A stretch of 63,244 nucleotides of DNA, filler included. It is 4 parts of 4 records of this genome, joined end to end, with 100 filler letters (N's around TTAATTAATTAA, not from the genome) between each part and the next. Parts side by side here need not be neighbours in the genome. Positions count along the whole stretch, not along the records: positions 24,420 to 48,543 come from SRR31156797_1055; 3 more parts are not named here. The stretch is one strand, 5' to 3'. This document shows, one piece after another, positions 31,831 to 41,527 of the stretch (positions within the stretch are counted from its first letter, which is position 1; each line of letters starts with the position of its first letter). Position numbers and translations under genes: made by a program. The notes below the pieces were generated by a model that saw only the letters and a list, made by a program, of their open reading frames with translations, did not search any database and was not told where the DNA came from.

Positions 31831-32709
31831 TTATCCCTTCAAGGCGGCGGCGCCACCTACAATGTCCATCAGTTCAGCAGTAACAGCCGCCTGTCGTGCC
31901 TTATTGTAAGCAAGGGTAAGACTTTCCACAAGATCGTCACAATTCCTGGAAGCATTGTCCATGGCAGCCATACGTGCGGCATGCTCGCTTGTTTCGTTTT
32001 GCAGAAATGCGTTATAAATCTGTACATTAATATGTTTGGGTAAGAGTTCAATCATCAGCCCTTCGGGAGTCGGCTCGCACAGGTATTCTGCTTCAGCCCC
32101 GGACTGTCCTTCCCCGCTGGCGACCGGAGGCTCAACGGGAAGCAGTTTCACCAAAGTGGGCAACTGTTTGGCCATACCTAAGAAACGGCTGTAAATCATA
32201 TAGACGCCATCCACCTCGTCTGAAAGATACCGATCGATCATGCCTCTGCTGATTTGATTGACAAAGGATATATCGACACTCCCGTAGGCATTAATATGGC
32301 TTCCAATGAGATCATACCCTCTTTTTTTAAAATAATCGCGTCCCCGTTTTCCAACCGTCGTCAGAGCGACATCAACGCCATTATCCTTTTCTTCATTCAC
32401 CCACTTTTCAGCTCGGTTGAACAGATTGGCATTGAAACTACCGCAAAGGCCCTTGTCGCCTGAGAAATGCAGCAACTCCACCCGGGACACCTTTTCTTTC
32501 CTCACCAGCAGGGGATGAATATCCGATTCAATCCGGCTAGCCAGGTTCCCAAGCACTTCCGCAAACTTGGTTGCGTAGGGCTCAAAGCTCTCCATTTTCA
32601 TCTGGGCGCCACGGAGCTTGGCAGCAGCAACCATATTCATGGCCTTGGTAATTTGCCGCGTTTTCTTAACAGCGCCTATCTTCCTCTGAATATCACTTAA
32701 GGTTGCCAT
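31831..32709 (-). CDS. atpG: F1 ATP synthase gamma subunit
   Basis: ITKAMNMVAAAK, DKGLCG, SEHAARMAAM, YNKARQAAVT. Confidence 0.98.
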   Translation of the reverse strand: MATLSDIQRKIGAVKKTRQITKAMNMVAAAKLRGAQMKMESFEPYATKFAEVLGNLASRIESDIHPLLVRKEKVSRVELLHFSGDKGLCGSFNANLFNRAEKWVNEEKDNGVDVALTTVGKRGRDYFKKRGYDLIGSHINAYGSVDISFVNQISRGMIDRYLSDEVDGVYMIYSRFLGMAKQLPTLVKLLPVEPPVASGEGQSGAEAEYLCEPTPEGLMIELLPKHINVQIYNAFLQNETSEHAARMAAMDNASRNCDDLVESLTLAYNKARQAAVTAELMDIVGGAAALKG

Positions 32710-32774
32710 GTGGCCTTTCTCTCTTTAGTTATCTGAAATTATTCTTTCTTTTCATGTTCAGAACAACAGGCGCA

Positions 32775-34289
32775 TCAGGCCTCGGGTTGAAAAATTCCCT
32801 CAAATTCCTCAAGGGCCTTTTTCATTTTACCATCCGTGTCCTCTGAAATATCACCTTTTTCCTTGATATCCGCCAGCACGTCGGCATATTTGCTGCTCAT
32901 AAATTCAAGCATCTGCTTTTCATATTCAAGAACAGTATCTTCAGGCCACTTGTCCAGGAAGCCATTTGAACCGGCAAACAGGATCGCCACTTCTTTCTCG
33001 GCGGACATGGGTTGAAATTGTGGCTGTTTTAAGACTTCCACCAGTCTGCGGCCTCGATCCAACTGTTTCAGAGTGGCTTTGTCGAGATCGCTGCCGAAAG
33101 CGGCAAACGCTTCCAATTCACGGAACTGGGCCATATCCAGTTTAAGTGAACCCGCAACCTTCCTCATGGCCTTTGTCTGGGCAGCACCACCCACGCGGGA
33201 AACGGAAAGACCCACATTAATGGCCGGTCGAACGCCCGAAAAGAAAAGATTCGGCTCAAGATAAACCTGGCCGTCAGTAATGGAAATAACATTGGTGGGA
33301 ATGTAGGCGGAAACGTCACCTGCCTGGGTTTCAATTATGGGAAGCGCCGTCAACGAACCGGCACCCAGCGCATCATTAACTTTTGCGGCACGCTCAAGGA
33401 GTCTCGAATGGTTGTAAAAAATATCCCCCGGAAACGCTTCTCGTCCGGGAGGCCGTCTAAGAAGAAGAGAAACCTGTCGATAGGCCGTTGCCTGTTTTGA
33501 AAGATCATCGTAAATAATCAGGGCATGTTTCCCTTGGTCCCGGTAGTATTCTCCAATGGCGCATCCGGCGTAGGGTGAAATAAACTGCTGGGTGGCAGGA
33601 TCACTGGCACAGGCCGCCACTACCGTTGTGTATTCCATGGCGCCGTGTTTCTCTAAAATATTAACCACCTGAGCCACAGTTGATTTTTTCTGCCCCGTTG
33701 CCACATAAATGCAGTAAACATCCGTATCCTTCTGGTTGATGATAGCATCAACACAGATCGCAGTTTTCCCAATCTGCCTGTCACCGATGATCAATTCACG
33801 CTGACCTCTCCCCACCGGCGTCATGGCATCGATAGCTTTAATGCCCGTATAGAGCGGCTCGGAAACGGATTGACGGTCAATAACACCGGGCGCGACCACC
33901 TCGAGTCGATTAAACTCAGTGGCTTCAATGGGCCCCTTACCGTCAAGGGGCTGTCCCACTGCATCTATAACGCGACCAAGAACCGCTTCCCCCACGGGAA
34001 TTTCAGCAATCTTGCCGGTTCTCTTTACCGTATCACCTTCTCTAATTTTGGAGTCATCGCCCATAATAGCGACACCCACGTTATCTTCTTCCAGATTAAG
34101 ACAGAGGCCGTAGATACCCCCGGAGAATTCGACCATCTCCATGGCCATGGCCTTCTCAATCCCGTATACGCGAGCGATACCATCACCCACAGACAAGACG
34201 CTTCCGGTCTCACTTACTTCTACCTTCTTTTCGTAGTCTTTAATCTGGCCCCGGATTATATCACTTATTTCTGCAGCTCTGATCTCCAT
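32775..34289 (-). CDS. atpA: F1 ATP synthase alpha subunit
   Basis: [20 protein letters not shown]. Confidence 0.99.
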   Translation of the reverse strand: MEIRAAEISDIIRGQIKDYEKKVEVSETGSVLSVGDGIARVYGIEKAMAMEMVEFSGGIYGLCLNLEEDNVGVAIMGDDSKIREGDTVKRTGKIAEIPVGEAVLGRVIDAVGQPLDGKGPIEATEFNRLEVVAPGVIDRQSVSEPLYTGIKAIDAMTPVGRGQRELIIGDRQIGKTAICVDAIINQKDTDVYCIYVATGQKKSTVAQVVNILEKHGAMEYTTVVAACASDPATQQFISPYAGCAIGEYYRDQGKHALIIYDDLSKQATAYRQVSLLLRRPPGREAFPGDIFYNHSRLLERAAKVNDALGAGSLTALPIIETQAGDVSAYIPTNVISITDGQVYLEPNLFFSGVRPAINVGLSVSRVGGAAQTKAMRKVAGSLKLDMAQFRELEAFAAFGSDLDKATLKQLDRGRRLVEVLKQPQFQPMSAEKEVAILFAGSNGFLDKWPEDTVLEYEKQMLEFMSSKYADVLADIKEKGDISEDTDGKMKKALEEFEGIFQPEA

Positions 34290-34840
34290 TAGTTATATTC
34301 ACCCCTCTTTAATGATTCTTTTAGGCCTTCAAGCTGTGCCCTGACACTGCCATCCAATACCAAATCACCTATTTTTACGACAAGCCCCCCGATGAGAGAC
34401 TCATCCTCTTCCACTTTTGCTTTGACCGTCTTAGACGTAATTTTTGAAAGGACAACATCCAGCTTGTCCATCACCTCTTCCTTCAACGGTCGAGCCGTAA
34501 CGATTTCAGCACGAATAATATTTGAAATCTCGTCGGTGAGTCGTGTGTAATAGGCTGAAACATCTCCGATGCCGCCTATCCTGTTTTTATCCAGGAGAAG
34601 CCGCAGAAAATTCTTGACATAATCGGCAAAGGGACTTTTCTCCAATACTGCATTAAGAACCTTTTTCCGATCTTCCACGGAAAAAACCGGATTGCCGATC
34701 ACTTTGCTGAATTCCGGGTTATCCGCACAGAGTCCGGCGAATTCTTTCAGATTCTCACCGTATTCCGCATAATTCCCATCTTCCTGCCCCAAACTGAGCA
34801 GCGCCTTTGCATATCTTTTGGAAATCTTTGAACCGGTCAA
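34289..34840 (-). CDS. atpH: ATP synthase delta subunit
   Basis: [22 protein letters not shown]. Confidence 0.96.
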   Translation of the reverse strand: MTGSKISKRYAKALLSLGQEDGNYAEYGENLKEFAGLCADNPEFSKVIGNPVFSVEDRKKVLNAVLEKSPFADYVKNFLRLLLDKNRIGGIGDVSAYYTRLTDEISNIIRAEIVTARPLKEEVMDKLDVVLSKITSKTVKAKVEEDESLIGGLVVKIGDLVLDGSVRAQLEGLKESLKRGEYN

Positions 34841-35442
34841 TGTAGTTTCTCCACGCTTTTAATGAATTCATCCACCAAGTGGTCCTGATCGCTGTCTTTT
34901 ATCCCTTTGGAGATAATTTCTTCCGCCCGCAGGGCTGCCATTTCAACCACTTCCCGTTTCAACCTTTCAGTGGCGCCTTGAATCTCACGCTCGATTGTGT
35001 GGTCAGCCTGACTGATAAGCTGCGCTGCCCGTTCTCTGGCTTCCGCGATAATTCGCGCTTTTTCCTTGGCACCTTCAGCCCTGAACTGTTCGAGAATCTC
35101 TTTTTTCTGAATTTCAAATTCCCCAAGTTTTGTCTCAAGCTCACGACTACGGTTTTCCGCTGCCTGACGTTCCTTCGTCAAATCCTCCAGTTTTTGCTTG
35201 ATTTCATCCTTCCGCTCTCCGAAAAAGCGGAGCATGGAGGTCTTTTTTATCACTACCACGAGGATAATCACCAGAAGGGTAAAATTGAGAATACGATACA
35301 ACAGATTCATCATCTGGTCATGACTATCAGATGCACCCGCGCCACCACTCGCAAGGGCGAGGCCACAAAAAGCAATCACGAACAACAGCGTCATACCAAC
35401 AATCAGGAATGTCTCCCCTTTCTTGTTTGCAAAGCGAATCAT
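34837..35442 (-). CDS. atpF: ATP synthase F0 subunit b
   Basis: N-terminal hydrophobic extension, RILNFTLL TM, long coiled coil; operon position. Confidence 0.9.
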   Translation of the reverse strand: MIRFANKKGETFLIVGMTLLFVIAFCGLALASGGAGASDSHDQMMNLLYRILNFTLLVIILVVVIKKTSMLRFFGERKDEIKQKLEDLTKERQAAENRSRELETKLGEFEIQKKEILEQFRAEGAKEKARIIAEARERAAQLISQADHTIEREIQGATERLKREVVEMAALRAEEIISKGIKDSDQDHLVDEFIKSVEKLH

Positions 35443-35867
35443 TGAACGCTCCTTCCCAGTATCTTTTCAGCCAACTCGTCGGAAAAACCGGAAATCTCGC
35501 TCTCCAGGGTCTCTCTGGCGGATGATATTTTGATCTCAATCTCTTGTTTTGCAGCCGTCAATTTCCGTTCCACGGCAGCACCGGCTTCCTGAAGAACCCC
35601 TTTTTCCTCTTCCTGTCCCTGGGCTTTCAAAGATTCTTTTTCCTGATAGCCTTCCTTCCTGGCCGCAACCATTCCGGTTTCAATCGCTTCCTCATTCTCC
35701 TTTACGCGGCCCTGATAATCATCAATCATTTTCTGACGAGAATCCATCTCCTCATCTCTTTTTGCCAGTATCCCACGTATCGGCTTATAGAGGATGATAT
35801 TCATCACCACAAGAAGAACAAGAAAGTTGGCTATTTGAAGAATCAGTGTACCGTCTATGTTCAGCAT
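35439..35867 (-). CDS. ATP synthase F0 subunit b'
   Basis: TLILQIANFLVLLVVMNIILYKPI; coiled coil; first gene of the operon. Confidence 0.9.
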   Translation of the reverse strand: MLNIDGTLILQIANFLVLLVVMNIILYKPIRGILAKRDEEMDSRQKMIDDYQGRVKENEEAIETGMVAARKEGYQEKESLKAQGQEEEKGVLQEAGAAVERKLTAAKQEIEIKISSARETLESEISGFSDELAEKILGRSVQ

Positions 35868-36028
35868 ATCAGACGCATCCTTTCATAACGATTTTCATGG
35901 GTTTTAGGTTTAAAATTATTTCCGATCGGAACCGCTTCATACCAAAGTAACGCCTTTTACAAAAAAAAACGGTACTTGTCAAAAACTTTTTTTCAAAGCA
36001 TACCCCGCTGGATCAACGACGCGGATTA

Positions 36029-36361
36029 TCAGCTTTCGGTTTGACATTTGCCCTCAAAAACAGCGCCCGCACCCATAATTACCTTCGGGGACTGTATATC
36101 CCCGAAAATCCTGGCGGGTGTCAAAATCTCGATCCTCTCGTCCGCAATGGTATTGCCGTGAATTTCACCGCCCACAAGAACGCATGACGCATGGATGTCA
36201 CCCCGGATCACGGCGGTTTCCCCGATAATCAGGGTCCCCCCAGCGGAAATCTCCCCTTGAAAACGACCGTCAATGCGAAGACCACCCGTAAACGTCAACG
36301 TTCCCTCAAAAGCCGTGTCTTTACCCAAAAACGCTGTAATTCGAGGTGTTTTCCTCTTCAT
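36029..36361 (-). CDS. Bactofilin (polymer-forming cytoskeletal protein)
   Basis: FLGKDTAFEGTL, LRIDGRFQGEI, GAVFEGKC. Confidence 0.9.
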   Translation of the reverse strand: MKRKTPRITAFLGKDTAFEGTLTFTGGLRIDGRFQGEISAGGTLIIGETAVIRGDIHASCVLVGGEIHGNTIADERIEILTPARIFGDIQSPKVIMGAGAVFEGKCQTES

Positions 36362-36609
36362 GACACTCGCATCCCCGACCTAAATGCGCGAGTTTTAACA
36401 CATGCTTGACCATATTGCAAGAAAAATCACAAATTCATCAATCCTTCTAAAATAGATACGCTTATCCGCAACCTATCCAGCCTCCAGTCAGTTATATACA
36501 TCAGAGTGAACGTGAGATTTTTTGTTCCGTGCTGATATTGATTGACAATAACATCATTTGCTAGTTATATCCGAAAGGAAAACTGGAAAATCAAGGAGGA
36601 AAGCACATA

Positions 36610-36936
36610 ATGACATTAGCAAACGTTAAAGATATCTTCGACAAAATGCCCGAGGTTTTCGACGCCGATGCGGCCCAGGGTCTGAGCGCGGTGTTTCAAT
36701 TTCAAATAACCGGGGATGATGGAGGAAACTGGAACATTATCATCAAAGACGGAACCTGTGAAATTGTTGAAGGCACCCATGCCGAACCCACCGTAACACT
36801 TACCATGTCAGCCGAAACATGGCTCGGAATGGTCAATAAAGAGATCAACGGCATGCAGGCATTTATGGGCGGGCAGCTTAAAGCCGCCGGGGACATCATG
36901 CTTGCACAAAGAGTTGAGCAGTTATTTCCGCTTTAG
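36610..36936 (+). CDS. SCP2 sterol/lipid-binding domain protein
   Basis: FQFQITGDDGGNW, GMQAFMGGQLKAAGD; AGGAGG SD. Confidence 0.9.
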   Translation: MTLANVKDIFDKMPEVFDADAAQGLSAVFQFQITGDDGGNWNIIIKDGTCEIVEGTHAEPTVTLTMSAETWLGMVNKEINGMQAFMGGQLKAAGDIMLAQRVEQLFPL

Positions 36937-36974
36937 AAAATTTTATTCAGGCTCAGGGTTTGGTAAAATTTTGA

Positions 36975-38063
36975 GTGATGGAGTCAAAAATAATGCACCC
37001 CTCAAAACCCGATAATCAAAAAAACCGATACGCGGAAGCAGGCGTCGATATCGAAGCGGGAAATAGATTTGTAGAGTTGATCAAACCCATTGTCGCCAGG
37101 ACTCAAACCTCCGGCGTTATCACAAATATAGGTGGATTTGCCGGCCTTTTTTCGCTCCACGTTCAACACGTCAACAACCCTGTCCTGGTCAGTTCCACCG
37201 ATGGGGTCGGCACAAAACTCAAAATTGCTTTCATGCTCGATAAACATGATACGGTGGGGCTGGATCTTGTGGCCATGTGCGTTAACGATATCGTGGTACA
37301 AGGTGCATCTCCGCTTTTTTTCCTCGACTACATCTCCATGAGCGTTCTGGATGAGAAAAAGGCCGTTGAAATCGTGAAAGGGATTGCAACCGGGTGCTTG
37401 GAAGCCAAATGTTCACTCATCGGAGGGGAAACCGCCGAGATGCCAGGGTTTTATGCGAAAGACGAATACGATCTGGCCGGATTCGTGGTGGGCATGGCCG
37501 ATAACGAAGAGCTGCTGGACGGAAGCGAGATTGCCGTGGGCCATCGACTGATCGGCATCGGTTCCAGCGGACTTCACAGTAACGGTTATTCACTGGTACG
37601 GAAGATTTTCTTCCATGACCTGAAAATGTCCGTATCCGACTATGTGCCTGATTTTGGACGAACCCTCGGGGAGGAACTGCTTGAACCCACCCGCATATAC
37701 GCCAGAACCATCAGCAACCTCAGGAGGGATTTTCATCTCTACGGCATCAGTCACATCACAGGTGGCGGGCTCATCGAAAACCCTCCCCGCATATTGCCGT
37801 CACGCTGCAAAGCCATCATTGACGCAACCGCCTGGGTTCCCCACCCCGTATTTCAATACATCAAGAAAGCCGGTCATGTATCGGATCATGACATGATGCT
37901 GACCTTTAACAACGGCCTGGGGCTTTTGATCGTTGTCAAAGAAGAAGAAACCGATGAGGTTCTCCTGAGGCTGAAAGCCATGGGAGAGGCGGCATACTGC
38001 ATCGGACGTATCGAAGCACGTGAGGAAAATGAAGACCCCGTTCAATTTTTGGGTCATGAATAG
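36975..38063 (+). CDS. purM: Phosphoribosylformylglycinamidine cyclo-ligase
   Basis: YAEAGVDIE, TDGVGTK, AMCVND, GGETAEMP, HSNGYSL, HITGGG. Confidence 0.97.
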   Translation: MMESKIMHPSKPDNQKNRYAEAGVDIEAGNRFVELIKPIVARTQTSGVITNIGGFAGLFSLHVQHVNNPVLVSSTDGVGTKLKIAFMLDKHDTVGLDLVAMCVNDIVVQGASPLFFLDYISMSVLDEKKAVEIVKGIATGCLEAKCSLIGGETAEMPGFYAKDEYDLAGFVVGMADNEELLDGSEIAVGHRLIGIGSSGLHSNGYSLVRKIFFHDLKMSVSDYVPDFGRTLGEELLEPTRIYARTISNLRRDFHLYGISHITGGGLIENPPRILPSRCKAIIDATAWVPHPVFQYIKKAGHVSDHDMMLTFNNGLGLLIVVKEEETDEVLLRLKAMGEAAYCIGRIEAREENEDPVQFLGHE

Positions 38064-38103
38064 ACGGTTTTCTTTTTAAACAACTGTGAGGAGTTAAATC
38101 ATA

Positions 38104-38412
38104 ATGTTCGGGCTTGGTCCTACAGAACTGATCATCATTGCCATCATTGTCATCCTGATCTTCGGCGCCAAACGCCTTCCGGATATCGGTAAGGGTCTCG
38201 GCGGCGCCATCAAGGAATTCAGGAATGTCAAAAAAGAATTGAGGTCTGAGAAACCCTCCGAAGAAGAATCCGGGAAGGAAACGGAAACCCCTCAAAAAGA
38301 GGAAACCCTGGAAAACAAGGTTGTGGACAAGGTCATGGAACAGGTTCCGGGGGTTAAAAAAGCCATGGACGTGAAGAAAAAAGCGGAAACCGTAAAGAAC
38401 CTTTTAAAATAG
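38104..38412 (+). CDS. tatA: Twin-arginine translocase TatA/E
   Basis: MFGLGPTELIII..LIFGAKRLPDIGKGLG. Confidence 0.92.
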   Translation: MFGLGPTELIIIAIIVILIFGAKRLPDIGKGLGGAIKEFRNVKKELRSEKPSEEESGKETETPQKEETLENKVVDKVMEQVPGVKKAMDVKKKAETVKNLLK

Positions 38413-38420
38413 GACACCTA

Positions 38421-38861
38421 ATGGAAACTACCCAATGCGAAATGCCCGATTACATGCCCCCTTCAAAGGACATGGAGAAAATCCTGCAAAATTCAAAGCG
38501 GATTGCCATTGTGGGACTTTCCCCCAAAACATCCAGGGACAGCAACAAGGTCGCCCGATACCTCTTGGAAAAGGGTTATGAAGTCATCCCCGTAAACCCG
38601 GGCCAGAAGGAGATACTGGAGAGGACCTGCTACAAATCCCTTGAAGACATCCCCTTTACCTTTGATGTGGCCAACCTCTTCATCAACCCCACCCGCGTTC
38701 CGCCGGTGGTGGAACAGTGCATCCGCATGGGGGTCAAAACCATCTGGATGCAATTGGGTATCGTTCACAACGACTCGGCTTCGAAAGCCAGGGCCGCCGG
38801 CATAGAGGTGGTCATGAACCGATGCATCATGCGGGAACACGAGAATTACATTAACGGGTAA
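38421..38861 (+). CDS. CoA-binding protein (YccU-like)
   Basis: IAIVGLS, GYEVIPVNP, IWMQLG, VVMNRC. Confidence 0.9.
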   Translation: METTQCEMPDYMPPSKDMEKILQNSKRIAIVGLSPKTSRDSNKVARYLLEKGYEVIPVNPGQKEILERTCYKSLEDIPFTFDVANLFINPTRVPPVVEQCIRMGVKTIWMQLGIVHNDSASKARAAGIEVVMNRCIMREHENYING

Positions 38862-38885
38862 TATTACCCTTTGTGAAAAATGGCA

Positions 38886-39380
38886 TCACTCACCGGGAGC
38901 GGCGCCGGCGCCACCGCCGGCACCGCCACCAGCACCGCCGCCGGAACCATGGTCGTCACCAACCCCATCTGCCCGGGTACTAAAAAGTTTCAATAAATAA
39001 AACTTCCTTTTTCCACTCTCCATATGGATCTCAATGGGGCCGTCGTGCCTTGCGCGATAACCCGGGGGCACCAGCAGTATGTATTTACCAGGGGGCACGG
39101 AAACCGGCTTGACGGGGGTCTCACCCAGAGAAATCTCACCGCCGGAACAGAGGCGCTTCTCCGATTTGATCAGTCCAAAAAACACACTCGTTTCCTTTTT
39201 CTGAAATTTTTCCTGCGGGCAAAGGTGTAGTTCCAAACCTGAAATGTTGCACTCAACTTCAATCAATCCTGAATTCACTTGATCCGGTTTGCCGGTGGTT
39301 TCTGCGGCGGATCCCTGTATCGCCCACAAAACCATGACACACAGCAAAGCCGAAAACCTTCTCAATTTTGTAGAATCCAT
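38886..39380 (-). CDS. Exported hypothetical protein with PEGA-like segment and Gly/Ala-rich tail
   Basis: Signal peptide; GETPVKPVSVPPGKY.LLV..GY resembles PEGA; GGGAGGGAGGGAG tail. Confidence 0.6.
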   Translation of the reverse strand: MDSTKLRRFSALLCVMVLWAIQGSAAETTGKPDQVNSGLIEVECNISGLELHLCPQEKFQKKETSVFFGLIKSEKRLCSGGEISLGETPVKPVSVPPGKYILLVPPGYRARHDGPIEIHMESGKRKFYLLKLFSTRADGVGDDHGSGGGAGGGAGGGAGAAPGE

Positions 39381-39423
39381 GTTTTTTACCCCCTTTCATC
39401 GCCTTGTCACCATCATAAATACC

Positions 39424-41238
39424 TCAAGGCAGTTTCCGGTTTTTCATTTTCCAGACAGACAACAGCGAAAAAACAAGGCCTGCAAAGAAAAAATTGGCCA
39501 ACCCGAAGAGCACCGGGACAAAGGCCAGTGCCGCCATGAGCCCTGCCGTGGACAACCCCATGAAAGAGAGGGTTACCCAACGTCCCCCCTTTTTTCGGGC
39601 AAAAACGGATACCCCGCAGAGTAGCAGACATGTACCGATGATTTCAACCAAGAGATAAAGGATACTCTCCAGATGATAAAGTGACATCCCTTTATCTCGA
39701 AAGTTCAACGTCCATTCATCGTTTATTTCCTTGTGGTAAAACCCCTGGATAACCTGATTGATGGCGTGAGCAAAAAGAAATACGCCCGGCATCCCGTAAC
39801 CATCATTTTTGTCATGGGGTGTAAAATCGGTGGGGCTGTACGGAACATGGAAATAATCCGTTTCGCTCCCGCCCATTCCGATCAAAACAATCCGTCCCGA
39901 GAACAGCTTTGGATCCGCCCAACCGTTATAAACTTCGTGATAGGGTACTTTCGCAAAAGGCGTCTCGGCAAAGGCCAGCCACAACCGCCTCGGGATGGGC
40001 GGCCCCATGAGTCTCACACCGTCCACGCCCAGCACCGGTTTTAATCTCAACTTTTCCGCCAGTACCTGCAGGAAAAAACTGGGGTGATCCGTCATTTCCC
40101 CGGATACCGCCATTTTGTCCCAAACCTTCAGGTACATGACCTCGTTGATCCAGGTCAAATCCCTGTATACGGAAACGAACCCCCAATGGGCCTCACTGTA
40201 AACGGCTTTGTCCTGTGTATTCCGGTACTGGCCCAGAATAACGGGGAAGTTCTTTTTTTCGGCCCATTTGAGACTCTCCACAAAACGTCTTGTGGCCTTT
40301 TTCTCGGCCGCATCATTGGCAGGTGAGTACCAGAAATCGAATCCCACGGCACCCACACCCATTTCGAAAAGATGCTTGATAACGGTGGGATGGTACTCTC
40401 GCCAGAGCCTCGGCCTGGCATCGTAGGGGGGCGCTTCTTCGCCTTTCACGTTCATCTTACGGTATTCATCTTTGTCGATGGTGACAACGGTCACCTGGTG
40501 GGTATTGGGTAACAGGGTCAGTCGGCATTGCCACATTTTCGTCAGCAGGTTTATTTTGAAATGGTTCACAAAAGGCATGAGCAGGAGCATCAAAAAACAG
40601 GTCGCTACTATTTTTGACACAAATCCAAAGCCTTTTCCAGTCAATGGGGTCGGCTTGCCCGGTTTTTTACTTTTTCCAGGTCCCTTCGAAAGATCCGCGT
40701 CCATCCAAACCACGCGATATGTGCGAACCGCTTCAGAGATGTTTTTCACTTCCCGCCGGCCCATGAAATCATATCGATAGTGGACCTTACGCTTCACCTG
40801 GTCATACAGGGTTCCTGAAATGCATATGCCCCCCGGATCGGCCAATCCCTCAAGCCTTGCGGCGATGTTGACGCCATCACCGTAGATCTCCCCACCTTCA
40901 ACGATCACATCTCCGATATTGATCCCGATGCGGAAAATCATCTTACGGTCATCGGGCAATTCCTCATTTTTTTTCTTCAGCGAATCCTGTATGGCCACAG
41001 CGCAATGAAGGGCATCCACCGCACTGGCAAACTCTGCCAGGACATTATCCCCCGGCGAATCGACCACCCTGCCGTGCCCGCTTTCAATGACTGAGGCCAT
41101 AATTTCACGACACGCCCTGATGGCCTTCACCGTCGCCGCTTCATCCTGCCCCATAAGCCGGCTGTATCCTTTCACATCCGCACTCAATATGGCAGCAAGC
41201 TTGCGTTGTACCGGTTCTGATTTCACCCTTGACCTCAA
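39424..41238 (-). CDS. Class III nucleotidyl cyclase fused N-terminally to a CHASE2 sensor module
   Basis: RKLAAILSADVKGYS, PGDNV, FRIGINIGD, DGVNIAARLE; then a TM, CHASE2-like motifs (VVTID, AVGFDF, GRIVLIG, MPGV..AHA) and 3 terminal TMs. Start may be the GTG at 41226. Confidence 0.8.
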   Translation of the reverse strand: MRSRVKSEPVQRKLAAILSADVKGYSRLMGQDEAATVKAIRACREIMASVIESGHGRVVDSPGDNVLAEFASAVDALHCAVAIQDSLKKKNEELPDDRKMIFRIGINIGDVIVEGGEIYGDGVNIAARLEGLADPGGICISGTLYDQVKRKVHYRYDFMGRREVKNISEAVRTYRVVWMDADLSKGPGKSKKPGKPTPLTGKGFGFVSKIVATCFLMLLLMPFVNHFKINLLTKMWQCRLTLLPNTHQVTVVTIDKDEYRKMNVKGEEAPPYDARPRLWREYHPTVIKHLFEMGVGAVGFDFWYSPANDAAEKKATRRFVESLKWAEKKNFPVILGQYRNTQDKAVYSEAHWGFVSVYRDLTWINEVMYLKVWDKMAVSGEMTDHPSFFLQVLAEKLRLKPVLGVDGVRLMGPPIPRRLWLAFAETPFAKVPYHEVYNGWADPKLFSGRIVLIGMGGSETDYFHVPYSPTDFTPHDKNDGYGMPGVFLFAHAINQVIQGFYHKEINDEWTLNFRDKGMSLYHLESILYLLVEIIGTCLLLCGVSVFARKKGGRWVTLSFMGLSTAGLMAALAFVPVLFGLANFFFAGLVFSLLSVWKMKNRKLP

Positions 41239-41527
41239 CTTCAGTTATGCCATTTATTTTGAATCTGCAAAACGTCCGGGAAATACGGTTGCCAACCGTG
41301 GCGTGCCTCCAACAACGGTTTCATAGCACAAAAGACCCGGAAACTGAAGATCAATGACTCTTGCAAATTGAGCATAAACCATTATATATAAGCGAACAAA
41401 ACAATTCGGCAGGGTTCCAAATTCCCTGTTTCAAGAGCCGTAACGTCGCCGGCGCGGAAACGACCGTCTTAACCACAAAACGACAACTTTGTGAAGATTT
41501 TAAAAATATCAGAGATCATTTAAAACC

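Noticed and set aside
38897-38946. GCACCGCCGCCG-type short repeats
   Set aside because: They simply encode the Gly/Ala-rich tail of the 38886-39380 protein.
39424-41238. Cyclase as a Pycsar/CBASS defence cyclase
   Set aside because: It has a membrane sensor architecture and no adjacent cyclic-nucleotide-binding effector gene.
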